From Patescibacteria group bacterium (GTDB taxonomy: Bacteria; Patescibacteriota; Minisyncoccia; Phycocordibacterales; XYD1-FULL-46-19): a DNA stretch of 64,000 nt. Both the position numbers and the translations under genes were made by a program. Under the pieces are notes generated by a model that saw nothing but the letters and a program-made list of their open reading frames with translations, was not told the DNA's origin and did not search any database. Where the stretch lies: NCBI GenBank assembly GCA_048617235.1, contig JBMCHT010000002.1, positions 63,899 to 127,898 of the forward strand, in the 5' to 3' direction. Shown one piece after another: positions 29,237 through 39,638 of this stretch (its first letter is position 1; the number at the start of each line of letters is the position of its first letter).

Positions 29237-31924
29237 TTAAACAGCTGTTTTTTGAATCTCTCGACCGGCTTGTTTGGTTTTATAACTTTTTTTCAATTCT
29301 ATTTTAGGCTGATTATCTTTAAGAGAAATCTTGACTATACCACCATTTTCCACTTGCCTGGCTATTATAAATTCTGCCACTTTGTTTAAAATTTTACTTT
29401 GCAATAATCTTTTTATCGGTCGCGCTCCGTATTCGGGATTATAACCGGCCTGAGCCAAATGCTCTGTTAATTCTTTGGTTACTTCCAATTTTATACCTTT
29501 AAGAGCCAATCGTTTTTTAATAATATCCATTTGTAGTTCCACAATTTCTGTAATAATAGATTGAGGTAAGGGTTTAAAGACAACTGTCTCATCCAAACGA
29601 TTCAAAAACTCCGGTCGAAAATGGTTTTTGAGAGAATCATTTATTTTTTCTTTAGCCGTTTCAAAATCCGATTCATCCGTCTTTTCCGAAAAACCAACTT
29701 GTTTAAATTGTTTTAAATATTGGCTACCAATATTGGAGGTCATAATAATAATGGTATTTTTAAAATTAACCACTCGTCCTTTATTATCTGTTAGGCGACC
29801 ATTATCTAAAACTTGAAGCAGAATATTAAAAACTTCCGGATGAGCTTTTTCTATTTCATCTAATAATAAAACTGAATATGGTCGGTGACGAATAGTTTCA
29901 GTTAACTTTCCACCTTCATCATAACCGACATAACCTGGAGCCGAGCCGATTAATTTGGAAATTGAATATTTTTCCATATATTCGGACATATCCAAACGAA
30001 CCAAGGCTTTTTCATCATCAAATAAAAATTCAGCCAAAGTTCGAGCTAATTCAGTCTTACCAACCCCAGTCGGACCTAAAAAGATAAAAGAACCAATTGG
30101 CCGATCAGGATCAGCTACTCCGGCTCGAGATCGCCGAACAGCTTCGGTTACTTTTTGAATCGCTTCTTCTTGACCTCTAACCCTTTTACTCAAATGATCT
30201 TCCATTTGAGATAATTTTTCCGATTCGGATTTTAGCATCCGAGTAACCGGCACCCCTGTCCAGCGAGCTACCACTTTGGCTATCTCTTCTTCCCCTACTT
30301 CTTCTTTTAATATTTGTCTGGCACTCTGCAAGCGCTTTAATCTGGCTTCTTTATTTTTTAAATCTTTTTCAGCTTCCGGAATTAAACCATAACGAATTTC
30401 AGCCGCTCTGGTTAAATCCGAACGAACTTCCGCTTGACCGGCTTCTGCTCTCCAAGCTTCCGCTTTTTCTTTTATTTTTCTAATTTCTCCAATTAAAGAT
30501 TTTTCATTTTGCCATTTCAATTCCAACTCTCTGGTTTTTTCATGTAAATTACCAATTTCTCTTTCCACTTCTTTTAATCTACTGCGATTACCGGCATTGC
30601 CTCTTTTGGCTTCTATTTCTTTCTTTAGAGCCGCTTTTTCTACCTCTAATTTCATTATCTCGCGACCGGAATTTTCTAATTCAACCGGCTTGTTTTCCAA
30701 TTCCAATCTTAAAGCCGAAGAGGCTTCATCTACTAAATCTATAGCTTTATCCGGCAAAAATCTATCTGTAATATACCGACGAGACAAATCTACCGCCATG
30801 ATTAAAGCATCATCGGTAATTTTTACCCCATGATGAAGCTCATACCTTTCTTTCAAACCTCGCAAAATAGCCAAAGTATCATCCGGAGAAGGTTCTTCCA
30901 CAAAAATTGGCTGAAAACGACGAGTAAGGGCTTGGTCTTTTTCTATATGTTTTTGATATTCTTTCAAAGTGGTAGCACCAATCACACGCAATCCTCCTCG
31001 AGCCAAAGCCGGTTTTAACATATTAGAGGCATCAATAGCTCCTTCGGCTGAACCGGCTCCCACTACTGTATGCAACTCATCAATAAACATAATAATTCTA
31101 CCCTCAGCTCTTTCTATTTCTTTTAAAATATTTTTTAACCTATCTTCAAATTCACCTCGATACTTAGTCCCGGCCAACAATAAACCCATATCTAAACAAA
31201 CTATATCTTTATCTGCTAATGACTCCGGAGCATCACCTAAAACAATTCTATTAGCTAAACCTTCAGCAATAGCCGTTTTACCGGTACCGGCTTCACCAAT
31301 TAAAATAGGATTATTTTTTGTGCGTCGAGCTAAAATTTCCATAATCCTTCTAATTTCCTTATCCCGACCAATTACCGGATCTAATTTATCTTGCCGAGCC
31401 AAGTCTGTCAGATTTTTAGTGTATCGTTCTATAGCTTTAAATTTTTTGGGCTGATCTTCCATCGAAACATCACCTGATCGTAATTCTTCCACTACCTGCC
31501 AAACCGCTTCTTTGGTTAAACGAAAACGATTCAAAACCTCACGAGCCGGACCGGGTATATCTAATAAAGCCAATAATAAATGTTCAGTAGAGATAAACTC
31601 ATCATTTAAGTGATTAGCGGTTTTACCGGCGGAATCGAATACTCGAACCAATTCCGGTGTTATATATATCTGATAAGAAGGGGCCGACACTGTTCCGGTT
31701 TCTGTAGACTCCATGGTATCTAAAAGATAATCTGTCATCATAATAGAATCCACTTCCAGACGATCTATAATAGACACTACCGTACTTTCTTCAATCAAAA
31801 GTAAAGCCGCCAACAAATGTATGGGATTAACATGGTTTTGACCGCGTTCTATAGCCAGCTCATGAGCTTTACGAATAGCCTCTCTGGCTTTAGCGGTATA
31901 ATTGTGAAAAGGGGGCATTGACAT
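29237..31924 (-). CDS. clpB: Chaperone ClpB
   Basis: Two AAA+ modules (GEAGTGKT, GPTGVGKT), Clp-N domain, long coiled-coil M domain; start placed at ATG 31924. Confidence 0.92.
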   Translation of the reverse strand: MSMPPFHNYTAKAREAIRKAHELAIERGQNHVNPIHLLAALLLIEESTVVSIIDRLEVDSIMMTDYLLDTMESTETGTVSAPSYQIYITPELVRVFDSAGKTANHLNDEFISTEHLLLALLDIPGPAREVLNRFRLTKEAVWQVVEELRSGDVSMEDQPKKFKAIERYTKNLTDLARQDKLDPVIGRDKEIRRIMEILARRTKNNPILIGEAGTGKTAIAEGLANRIVLGDAPESLADKDIVCLDMGLLLAGTKYRGEFEDRLKNILKEIERAEGRIIMFIDELHTVVGAGSAEGAIDASNMLKPALARGGLRVIGATTLKEYQKHIEKDQALTRRFQPIFVEEPSPDDTLAILRGLKERYELHHGVKITDDALIMAVDLSRRYITDRFLPDKAIDLVDEASSALRLELENKPVELENSGREIMKLEVEKAALKKEIEAKRGNAGNRSRLKEVEREIGNLHEKTRELELKWQNEKSLIGEIRKIKEKAEAWRAEAGQAEVRSDLTRAAEIRYGLIPEAEKDLKNKEARLKRLQSARQILKEEVGEEEIAKVVARWTGVPVTRMLKSESEKLSQMEDHLSKRVRGQEEAIQKVTEAVRRSRAGVADPDRPIGSFIFLGPTGVGKTELARTLAEFLFDDEKALVRLDMSEYMEKYSISKLIGSAPGYVGYDEGGKLTETIRHRPYSVLLLDEIEKAHPEVFNILLQVLDNGRLTDNKGRVVNFKNTIIIMTSNIGSQYLKQFKQVGFSEKTDESDFETAKEKINDSLKNHFRPEFLNRLDETVVFKPLPQSIITEIVELQMDIIKKRLALKGIKLEVTKELTEHLAQAGYNPEYGARPIKRLLQSKILNKVAEFIIARQVENGGIVKISLKDNQPKIELKKSYKTKQAGREIQKTAV

Positions 31925-31949
31925 AATACTTTTATTATAAAACAAAAAC

Positions 31950-32792
31950 CTAGTTAGAGTCAACTAAAGTAGTTAAGGCTTCTTGATTAATAGTTAATTG
32001 TTGACCCCAAATCAAACCCAAAATGTCACCTTGAATATTTACAATCGAGCCACCTATATTATTTTCAGTAGCGGCATTGGTTCTGAATCCGCCTCCGGCT
32101 GAAGCCGGACCGGAAGACATTAAAGCGGAAACAATACTGACTGATACTTGATGGCCACTACTGCCGGAACCGATACCAATTACCGTCTGACCAATAACCG
32201 GACTATCATCACTCCACTCCAAAGTAGGTATATCTTCCCACATACTAATTAATTCGTCATCAGATGAATCTAAAAATAAAACAACTATTCCGTTGTCTTT
32301 TTCTGTTTTTACAGGAAAGCGTTGACCGGTTTCCGTCACCGCTTCCAATTTAATTATTTCCTTTTCCAAATCAAAATGCTTACTCACTACCAAATTTTGA
32401 TTATCAATCTTAACTTTAAAAGCAGTATTTGTCCAAATCTCTTTTATCTCTGTTTCTGTCTTATCTGTTTCTTCTTCCTCTTCATCAGGTTCTACTTCAA
32501 TCTCAACTGTAGCCACTAAAGCCATGATTGATGGTGAAACTTTATTAATAGCTTTAACAATTAATTCTTCTTCAGTTACCACCATTGGTACTTCTTGAAC
32601 AACTGTCGTTACTTCTGGCTCCTCAGGCACCACTTTTTCCACTGTCCTTTCTACCACTCGATTAACTGTTTGAGAAACTCCGGTTGGTGCCTGATCCATT
32701 AAAGATACGGTTACAATTCCGGTAGCGATTGAAGTAACAAAACTAATCAATAAGGTTAAAAGAATTATTTGGTTTTTGTTTAGCTCTTCCAT
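31950..32792 (-). CDS. Membrane-anchored trypsin/HtrA-like protein, catalytic motif degenerate
   Basis: N-terminal TM; GQTVIGIG..VSVSIVS..TNAATENNIGGSIVNIQGDILGL aligns with HtrA DAAINPGNSGGPLVN but lacks the Ser. Confidence 0.6.
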   Translation of the reverse strand: MEELNKNQIILLTLLISFVTSIATGIVTVSLMDQAPTGVSQTVNRVVERTVEKVVPEEPEVTTVVQEVPMVVTEEELIVKAINKVSPSIMALVATVEIEVEPDEEEEETDKTETEIKEIWTNTAFKVKIDNQNLVVSKHFDLEKEIIKLEAVTETGQRFPVKTEKDNGIVVLFLDSSDDELISMWEDIPTLEWSDDSPVIGQTVIGIGSGSSGHQVSVSIVSALMSSGPASAGGGFRTNAATENNIGGSIVNIQGDILGLIWGQQLTINQEALTTLVDSN

Positions 32793-32831
32793 AAGCTAAT
32801 AATATGGTTATTTCGTATTGAATGCAAATTT

Positions 32832-33446
32832 TTAATTTAAATGAATTAAATATATTTCATTAACTTTTTCCCAGTTGACTATCGGCCAAAAAGCATCTAT
32901 ATAATCCGACCGCCGATTACGATATTTAAGATAATAGGCATGTTCCCAAACATCCAAATTAAAAAGCGGTTGCCGACCAACCGTTAAAGGGCAGAATTGA
33001 TTGGCTCCGGTTTCTATCTGTAATTGCCCATCAACTTTTAAAGTAAGCCAAGCCCAGCCGGAACCAAACTGCCCCATAGCCGCTTGACTGAATTTATTTT
33101 TAAATTCTTCAAAAGAACCAAAAGTGGCCTCAATCGCCTGACCTATTTCCCCTGTCGGTTGCTTATTATCTTGACCGGCCGGAGCTAAAATCTGCCAAAA
33201 AAGACTGTGATTATAATGACCGCCCCCGTGATTACCAACAGCTGTTTTAATTGGTTCCGGCCAATCGGCTTTAATTAGTAAATCTTTTATAGACAATTGT
33301 GCCAATTCCGGATAATTTTCCAAAGCTTGGTTTAATTTATCTATATAACTTTGATGATGCTTACCATGATGTAGTCTCATAGTTTCTTCATCAAAATAGG
33401 GTTCTAAATCGGCATAGCCGTAATCTAATGAAGGTAAAGTGTGCAT
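32832..33446 (-). CDS. sodA: Fe/Mn superoxide dismutase
   Basis: HHGKHHQSY, GGHYNHSLFW, FGSGWAWL, DVWEHAYY. Confidence 0.95.
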   Translation of the reverse strand: MHTLPSLDYGYADLEPYFDEETMRLHHGKHHQSYIDKLNQALENYPELAQLSIKDLLIKADWPEPIKTAVGNHGGGHYNHSLFWQILAPAGQDNKQPTGEIGQAIEATFGSFEEFKNKFSQAAMGQFGSGWAWLTLKVDGQLQIETGANQFCPLTVGRQPLFNLDVWEHAYYLKYRNRRSDYIDAFWPIVNWEKVNEIYLIHLN

Positions 33447-33495
33447 AAAAAATTTTTATTAATTTTATTAAAGAAATTATTATTTTAACATATAA

Positions 33496-34683
33496 TTAAA
33501 ACCAAGTTGAAGCTTTTCTGATCAGATCAACTTGATGTTTTATTTTCTCCGCTCCACAATCTATATCTTCCTTGGAAGTATCTTCACCTAAACTGATTCG
33601 AATAGCCGAACCGGCTCTTTCAGCTCCGGCCACCGCCGTTACAACATAAGAATCTTCTAAACGACCACCGCCGGCCAAACAAGCCGAACCGGCCGAAACC
33701 GCCAACCCTAAAGCATCCAAACCCACCACCAAATCTTCCGACTTAACTTCTTTGAAGGAAATGTTTAAATTATTAGGTAAACGATTTTTTAAATCGCTAT
33801 TAAGATAACAATCAGAAATTTGAGTTTTTAATTTATGCCATAATTGATCACGAAGAGAAGATAAAAAAGTAGCACTTTCCACTCGCTTAGACCAAACCGC
33901 TTCCAAAGCCAAAGCCAAACCAAAAGCTCTAACCGGATCTTCCGTTCCGGCTCTTAAACCAAATTCTTGCTGACCACCACTTATAACAGATTTTAAAGGC
34001 AAACCCTCTTTGATTGTTAATAAACCAGTTCCATGAGGACCGTATATTTTTGAACCGTTTAAACTAACCATATCCACTCCCAATCTTTCGGGTCTAATAT
34101 CTAAAAAACGAGCCCCCTGACAAGCATCAGTATGCAATACTGGATAATAACTACTCGGACGACGACTAGCCACAACCACCCGACTGATAGCTGCCATGTC
34201 TTGAATTGTTCCGATCTCATTATTAGCCAAAGCAATGGAAACCAAAGCAGTTTCTGTTTTAAGTTCTGTTTCTAATTGTTCAATTTTAATACGGCCGGAT
34301 TTATCTACCGGTAAATAAACCACTTGCCAGCCTGCTTCAGCTAAACGAGAAATTGGTTCCAAAACAGACTTATGTTCTATTTCAGTAGTAATAATTTTAC
34401 CTTTATCCTTTGGCCAAGCGGTTGCCATTCCTAAAACAGCCAAATTATTAGCCTCCGTCCCTCCGGAAGTAAAAATAATATCTTTATTTTTTACCTCTAA
34501 TAAGCCGGCTATTTTGTTTCTGGCTTTCTCTAATAATTCTTTGGCTATACGTCCCTCTTGATGTAATGCTGAAGGATTAGCCCAAGCAGAAGAAGAATAT
34601 TGGAGCATAATCTCCAATATTTCCGGCCGGCAAAAAGTGGCCGCTGCCGTATCCCAATAAATTCTTTTATTTTTATTTGTCAT
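33496..34683 (-). CDS. iscS: Cysteine desulfurase (IscS/NifS family)
   Basis: IYWDTAA, NPSALH, FTSGGTEANN, NNEIGT, GSKIYGP, SAGSAC. Confidence 0.9.
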   Translation of the reverse strand: MTNKNKRIYWDTAAATFCRPEILEIMLQYSSSAWANPSALHQEGRIAKELLEKARNKIAGLLEVKNKDIIFTSGGTEANNLAVLGMATAWPKDKGKIITTEIEHKSVLEPISRLAEAGWQVVYLPVDKSGRIKIEQLETELKTETALVSIALANNEIGTIQDMAAISRVVVASRRPSSYYPVLHTDACQGARFLDIRPERLGVDMVSLNGSKIYGPHGTGLLTIKEGLPLKSVISGGQQEFGLRAGTEDPVRAFGLALALEAVWSKRVESATFLSSLRDQLWHKLKTQISDCYLNSDLKNRLPNNLNISFKEVKSEDLVVGLDALGLAVSAGSACLAGGGRLEDSYVVTAVAGAERAGSAIRISLGEDTSKEDIDCGAEKIKHQVDLIRKASTWF

Positions 34684-34790
34684 CTAAATAGTTTAACAGG
34701 GTAAAAAAGCTTTGCAAATATTGAATAAATTCGCTATGATAGAAAAACAACAATTGACAAAGACAATTCTTAATTGTTCATTTTTAAATT

Positions 34791-36329
34791 ATGTCCAAAA
34801 CTTCAGCTAAAAATAAAAACAATCTCCAACCCCGACCACCAATAGTAGTGGTAGCCGGGCATATTGATCATGGCAAGTCCACTTTATTGGATTATATTCG
34901 TCAAAGCAGTATAGTGGCTAAAGAAGCCGGAGGAATTACTCAACATTTGGGCGCTTATGAAGTAAAACATAAAACTCAAGAAGGAAAAGACAGAATGATT
35001 ACTTTTTTAGATACCCCAGGGCACGAAGACTTTGGAACTATTAGAATTAGGGGAGCTAATCTTTCAGATATAGCCATTTTAATTATCTCGGCTGAAGAAG
35101 GAGTTAAGCCTCAAACCATAGAAACAATCAAGGTTTTAAAAGAAACCGAAACTCCTTTCTTGGTAGCTTTTAATAAAATAGACAGACCAACTGCCAATCC
35201 TGAAAAAATAAAACAAGAATTGGCCGAACAAGAGGTTTTAGTGGAAAGCTGGGGTGGCGATATACCCACAGTAGAAATTTCCGCCAAAACCGGTCAAGGA
35301 ATAGATAATCTTTTAGAAGTATTATGCTTAATGGCAGACATGGCCGAGTTAACCACCAACCCCCTTGATGATCTCCAAGCTACAGTTATAGAAACCCATA
35401 TGGATCCACAAACCGGACCAACAATAACAGCTATTATAACAGACGGGACTTTACAGCTGGGGCAATTTATCGGGGCTAATGGTCAAATCGCCAAGATTAA
35501 AAAAATAGAAAACGATAAACAAGAAAGTTTAACCAAAGCTGAAGCCAGTACTCCGGTTAAAATTTTCGGCTTTTCCTGTTTACCGATAGTTGGTTCAAAT
35601 ATTATAGCTCTAAAAGATAAAAAAACAGCCGGAAAATATGCCAAAGACTTTAAAACCGATGAAGATTCTACAACAAGCTGTATGGAAAAAACAGAAAAGA
35701 ATCTAGACATCCCGATTATTATTAAAGCCGATACCGCCGGTTGTTTGGAAGCTATAATTGCTAAAATAAATAAAATCAATCAAGAAACAGACACTCAAGT
35801 TAAGCTAAAAATGGTTTGTTCCGCTTGTGGAAATATCACCGATAACGATATTAAACTACTTTTGGGTTCTAAAGATACCGGATTAGCTACCGGTTTTAAT
35901 GTTAAAATAGAAAAATCAGCTCAAGATATAGCAGATAGATATAATATTAGATTGGCTACTTTTGATATTATCTACGAACTGACCGATTGGCTAAAAGAAC
36001 AAATGAAAAATTTAGACGATACCGCCGGCCAAGAAAAAGTTATGGGTCAGGCTACCATTTTAAAATGTTTTAACTCTAAAGTCGGAAAACAAGTAGCCGG
36101 AGGACAAGTGACAGAAGGAATTATTAGCCGTCGCCTACCTTTAAAAATTAAAAGAGGTGAAGAAATAATCGGGGTTGGGAAAATTTCCAATTTGGAAATA
36201 AACAAAAGCTCAGCCGAAGAAGTATCCGATAAAGATCAATTTGGAATTCAAATAGATACCAAAACAGAGATTCAACCTCAAGATATTATTATATCTTTTA
36301 AACCACCGGTAACCGATGGTCAAAAATAA
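34791..36329 (+). CDS. infB: Translation initiation factor IF-2 (short)
   Basis: RPPIVVVAGHIDHGKST, EAGGITQH, DTPGHE, NKID, IIYEL. Confidence 0.95.
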   Translation: MSKTSAKNKNNLQPRPPIVVVAGHIDHGKSTLLDYIRQSSIVAKEAGGITQHLGAYEVKHKTQEGKDRMITFLDTPGHEDFGTIRIRGANLSDIAILIISAEEGVKPQTIETIKVLKETETPFLVAFNKIDRPTANPEKIKQELAEQEVLVESWGGDIPTVEISAKTGQGIDNLLEVLCLMADMAELTTNPLDDLQATVIETHMDPQTGPTITAIITDGTLQLGQFIGANGQIAKIKKIENDKQESLTKAEASTPVKIFGFSCLPIVGSNIIALKDKKTAGKYAKDFKTDEDSTTSCMEKTEKNLDIPIIIKADTAGCLEAIIAKINKINQETDTQVKLKMVCSACGNITDNDIKLLLGSKDTGLATGFNVKIEKSAQDIADRYNIRLATFDIIYELTDWLKEQMKNLDDTAGQEKVMGQATILKCFNSKVGKQVAGGQVTEGIISRRLPLKIKRGEEIIGVGKISNLEINKSSAEEVSDKDQFGIQIDTKTEIQPQDIIISFKPPVTDGQK

Positions 36330-36355
36330 TCTTCTGTGTAATAATAAAACGGTTT

Positions 36356-36664
36356 ATGAATAATGATGCTTTTTCAAAAAGAAAAAAAAGACTGGAACAT
36401 ATTATTATTCATCGAACAGCTGAGTTCTTAAACAAAGAAGCCGGTCGTCGCAGTTTAATTACCGTAACCGCTTGTCATTTAAATGAAAATATAACTAAAG
36501 CAGTTATCTTCTTATCTGTTTACCCGGTTGAAGATTTGGGATCGGCTCTGGCTTTTGCCAGGCGTAAAGCCAGAGTTATAAACAATTATATCAAAGAAAC
36601 CGGAAATTTAGACAGGGTGCCAAAATTAGAAATTTTACCGACCGAAGATTCTTTAACAAAATAA
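36356..36664 (+). CDS. rbfA: Ribosome-binding factor A
   Basis: Follows infB; LITVT, AVIFLSV, RVPKLE. Confidence 0.75.
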   Translation: MNNDAFSKRKKRLEHIIIHRTAEFLNKEAGRRSLITVTACHLNENITKAVIFLSVYPVEDLGSALAFARRKARVINNYIKETGNLDRVPKLEILPTEDSLTK

Positions 36665-36669
36665 AAACC

Positions 36670-36744
36670 GGCACGGTGGTGAAGTGGTAACACAGCGGTC
36701 TGCAAAACCGCGATGCGCGGGTTCGATTCCCGCCCGTGCCTCCA
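36670..36744 (+). tRNA. tRNA-Cys(GCA)
   Basis: GCGGT-CTGCAAA-ACCGC, encoded CCA. Confidence 0.95.
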
Positions 36745-36789
36745 AACACTTTCCGAATTTATTTTTTTTTGCTAAAGTATATATACCCT

Positions 36790-36871
36790 GCTCGGGTGGC
36801 GGAACTGGTATACGCGCACGACTTAAAATCGTGTGCCGCAAGGCGTGCGGGTTCGATTCCCGCCCCGAGCA
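36790..36871 (+). tRNA. tRNA-Leu(TAA)
   Basis: CACGA-CTTAAAA-TCGTG, long variable arm. Confidence 0.95.
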
Positions 36872-36901
36872 CAAAAAAATCGGCGCTTATTTAAGCGCCG
36901 A
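36872..36901 (-). terminator. Hairpin terminator overlapping the stop of the small membrane gene
   Basis: TCGGCGCTTA-TT-TAAGCGCCGA with a T run on the minus strand. Confidence 0.6.
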
Positions 36902-37138
36902 GGCAAACAGTCGGAAAACGAGGTAACCAAGCATCCCCGCCATCACGACCGTTATGAGTGATTCCAGCAACTCCGGTGCAAACCGGAGTAAGAACCAAAG
37001 AATTCCTAGTCCAACCAACCACGGAGTGGCCCATTGGATAAGAGTCCTCAGCCCCCGGCCAATTCCCGTCGCCACTTCCCGAATCAGGTCGGCTATCAAA
37101 CCGACCCAAAACAAACAAAAACCTCTTAAGATATTCAT
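36887..37138 (-). CDS. Small GC-rich membrane protein
   Basis: AAGGAG Shine-Dalgarno before ATG 37138 (MNILRGF); several hydrophobic segments. Confidence 0.65.
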   Translation of the reverse strand: MNILRGFCLFWVGLIADLIREVATGIGRGLRTLIQWATPWLVGLGILWFLLRFAPELLESLITVVMAGMLGYLVFRLFASALK

Positions 37139-37292
37139 AGCTTTCTCCTTTCCCTGCACTTTAAGTGCTTTGAATTCTTTTTACAGAAAAACATAGTTAT
37201 ATAAAATTGTCAAATAGTCTGGAATTGATCTTTCTTATCGGTTATAATTAACTAAAGGTCATTTATTTTATTAAATTTAAAATAATTATTTT

Positions 37293-37520
37293 ATGCCGAC
37301 ACTTTTTGCTATTGTTTTTTATCTTTTATTAATAGACAGTTTAGGAGCGGTTTTAGTAGCTTGGTTTGGTTGGGGAGATAATTGGTATTATAAAAATCTA
37401 CCTAGTTTTTCTCGCTTTTTTCCTTTATCCAAAGGTTGGGTTAGTTACTACTTAATCTGGTCCTTGTGGTTGGGAATTGTTTTGTGGTATTTTGAAGTCT
37501 TGCCGTGGCCGGGAATGTAA
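37293..37520 (+). CDS. Small two-TM membrane protein
   Basis: LLIDSLGA..RFFPLSKGW..YY; aromatic and hydrophobic. Confidence 0.7.
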   Translation: MPTLFAIVFYLLLIDSLGAVLVAWFGWGDNWYYKNLPSFSRFFPLSKGWVSYYLIWSLWLGIVLWYFEVLPWPGM

Positions 37521-37543
37521 TTTTAATTTAATAATAATTTTAA

Positions 37544-37616
37544 GCCCCGTTAGCTCAGTTGGTAGAGCAGTTGCCTCTTAAGCAAACGGTCGGGGGTTCA
37601 AATCCCTCACGGGGCA
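37544..37616 (+). tRNA. tRNA-Lys(CTT)
   Basis: TAGCTCAGTTGGTAGAGCA, anticodon loop CTCTTAA, GTTCAAATC. Confidence 0.93.
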
Positions 37617-37625
37617 CTTTTTTGT

Positions 37626-37653
37626 TTGACTTTTACCCAAAAAGTTGTATAAT
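37626..37653 (+). promoter_or_regulatory. Near-consensus sigma70 promoter of the SPFH operon
   Basis: TTGACT-16-TATAAT, then a leader hairpin CGAGCA/TGCTCG and an AAGGAG Shine-Dalgarno. Confidence 0.65.
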
Positions 37654-37712
37654 TATAAACAGAAACTGGTTGTCGAGCAATAACTGCTCGGCTTTGACAA
37701 AGGAGAAAAAAG

Positions 37713-38744
37713 ATGTGGGAAATTTTTGTGGGAATAATCTTGGCTATCATTCTGACTTCCCCTTTGGAGGTCTGGATTCTGGCTTCTTTCAATCTGGGCT
37801 TTACTTTCATTCGTGAGGGTGAGGCTCGGGCTGTCTTAGTTGGTGACTCATTCCATCGAATCATCATGGCCTACACTGGCCGGGTGATCCTTGAAACCCC
37901 GGTCATGGTGGCTCATTACAAACAAGCCACCGGCCACCAGGAAGCGGATTTGTGGGATATCGTCGAGGCAACAGACGATTTCCCAGAACCGGCTAAAAGC
38001 CGACTGGAGAAATGGTTCGGAATCCGGTGGTACGGCCTGCCACCGTTCCGAAAGATTTTGTCCTACTCCTTCAAGTGGACCGCTCCGGTCCATAATGAGG
38101 GTGAATCCAAAATGCGACCGAGCACAGAAACCCTGTCGCATATCTTCGTCAAAGAGACGTTGTATGCCGACAAGGTTCGGCAGGCGGAGACTTCGGAGGC
38201 ACTCCCAATGGATGTTGAGTACCGGGTTTTGCTTCGGGTCAAAAACCCTTACAAAGCCCTCTTCCAAGTCCATCGCTGGTTGGATGCCACCTTGGATGTG
38301 GTGGGATCAGCCATTAGGGAGTATATTAGTGGAAAAAAATATGAGGATCTCCTGGAGACCTCAGACAAAATTTTTTCAGAGGAAGTACTTAAAAATATCC
38401 CCGAAATCACCAACACCCGCTACGGGGTGGAGGTGCTGAATCTTCGTCTGACAGACATATCGCCGGCCTCAGCCCAAGCCGAAGAATACCGCTTGGCCTC
38501 GACCAAGAAATATGTCGAGGAGCGAGCCGGAGAGGCGGCAGAGGCTCGCGCTAAGGGTGAGTCCGAAGCCATCAAGTTGATGGGTGACGGTGAGGCCAAA
38601 GCCATCAAAGCTAAGGGCCAAGCTCAGGCTGAGGCCTGGCAGGCTCAAGTCAGCCAAGCCGGACCACCTTTGGCCGGTGCCCTCAACCAACTGGTTGAGG
38701 GAATCACCAAGGCAATAATCTCCGTCAGAAAGGGAGGAGAATAG
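37713..38744 (+). CDS. SPFH/band 7 family membrane protein
   Basis: N-terminal TM, VDV-like YRVLLRVKNPYKALF, SAIREYI, YGVEVLNLRLTDISP, Ala/Glu-rich coiled coil (AKGESEAIK..GEAKAIKAKG). Confidence 0.8.
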   Translation: MWEIFVGIILAIILTSPLEVWILASFNLGFTFIREGEARAVLVGDSFHRIIMAYTGRVILETPVMVAHYKQATGHQEADLWDIVEATDDFPEPAKSRLEKWFGIRWYGLPPFRKILSYSFKWTAPVHNEGESKMRPSTETLSHIFVKETLYADKVRQAETSEALPMDVEYRVLLRVKNPYKALFQVHRWLDATLDVVGSAIREYISGKKYEDLLETSDKIFSEEVLKNIPEITNTRYGVEVLNLRLTDISPASAQAEEYRLASTKKYVEERAGEAAEARAKGESEAIKLMGDGEAKAIKAKGQAQAEAWQAQVSQAGPPLAGALNQLVEGITKAIISVRKGGE

Positions 38745-38746
38745 TA

Positions 38747-39577
38747 ATGACTACGCTATTTCTTGTCTTGGGGTGGACAGCCATACTGCTCACTCTGGTT
38801 GGGGTGATTGCCATCAAAAATCGCCCTTCCACCTCCTCCAACCAAACGGAGGAGGTAGCAACCGAAACAACGAACAGTGGTAACTGGCTCGGGAGAGTCT
38901 ATCGCCACCCCGCAACTCCCTTCGTGGTAGCCGGGCTAGTCGGACTGGGGTTGTTTATCGGCTTCTGGCCCAGCGCCACTTGGCCGATAATCAAAACCGG
39001 TGCCTGGTGGCTAGCTTTGGCCACGGTTGGGTTTGTGGTCTTCGGCTATATCAACATCCCCACGGAAGCCGAGACCACCGCTTCTCGGAGGCGAGTGGCC
39101 GGGTGGTTCAGACGCTATGCAGTCTTAGCTGTTATCTTCGGCTTGTTATTCGGCTTGTGGTCCAACCACAGCCCGGTAACAGTTGAAGAGGCAGTGGAGG
39201 CTGTCGGCAACTGGTCACCGCCGACAATTTCTCTTTTTTCTTCCTCTCCTGAGAGAGGAAGAACAAGAGAAAACCGCCCCCCGGCACCTCCTCCACCACC
39301 ACCGGAGCCATTCCGAGTTGATCGGATAACGGCTCCAACCGTCGGCTGGTCCGAGAAAATCGAGTTCAACACTCGACCTTGGACCAGGAGGTTCCAACTG
39401 AAGGCCGAGGTGGCGGCGAAAGATGTACCAGTCTTGATTAAAGCCGGCGGGCGACTGATCAAGACAACCCTTAACAAGCGATCGGAGCAAAAAGAAGATA
39501 TTGGGAATGTTCCCCATCTTCAAATTCGCTCCGAGAGCGGCAGACCGTTAACGATATTGGTCAAACGATATCGTTAA
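38747..39577 (+). CDS. Multi-TM membrane protein with Pro-rich linker and C-terminal beta-rich domain
   Basis: GGAGG Shine-Dalgarno; about four TM segments; RPPAPPPPPPEP. Confidence 0.7.
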   Translation: MTTLFLVLGWTAILLTLVGVIAIKNRPSTSSNQTEEVATETTNSGNWLGRVYRHPATPFVVAGLVGLGLFIGFWPSATWPIIKTGAWWLALATVGFVVFGYINIPTEAETTASRRRVAGWFRRYAVLAVIFGLLFGLWSNHSPVTVEEAVEAVGNWSPPTISLFSSSPERGRTRENRPPAPPPPPPEPFRVDRITAPTVGWSEKIEFNTRPWTRRFQLKAEVAAKDVPVLIKAGGRLIKTTLNKRSEQKEDIGNVPHLQIRSESGRPLTILVKRYR

Positions 39578-39602
39578 CATAACATTTTCTCCTTTTTAAC
39601 CC

Positions 39603-39638
39603 AAAACCGCCACCTCCAGATTGGAGAGTGGCGGTTTT
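39603..39638. terminator. Bidirectional intrinsic terminator between the SPFH operon and the pilin array
   Basis: AAAACCGCCAC..GTGGCGGTTTT stem between convergent genes. Confidence 0.8.

Noticed and set aside
28978-29389. ORFs overlapping tRNA-Tyr, and similar ones over tRNA-Cys, Leu, Lys, Gly and Ser
   Set aside because: Artefacts of GC-rich tRNA sequence
37848-39523. Multiple overlapping ORFs in the SPFH islet as possible overprinted genes
   Set aside because: Expected from low stop-codon density in GC-rich DNA; no RBS or motif support
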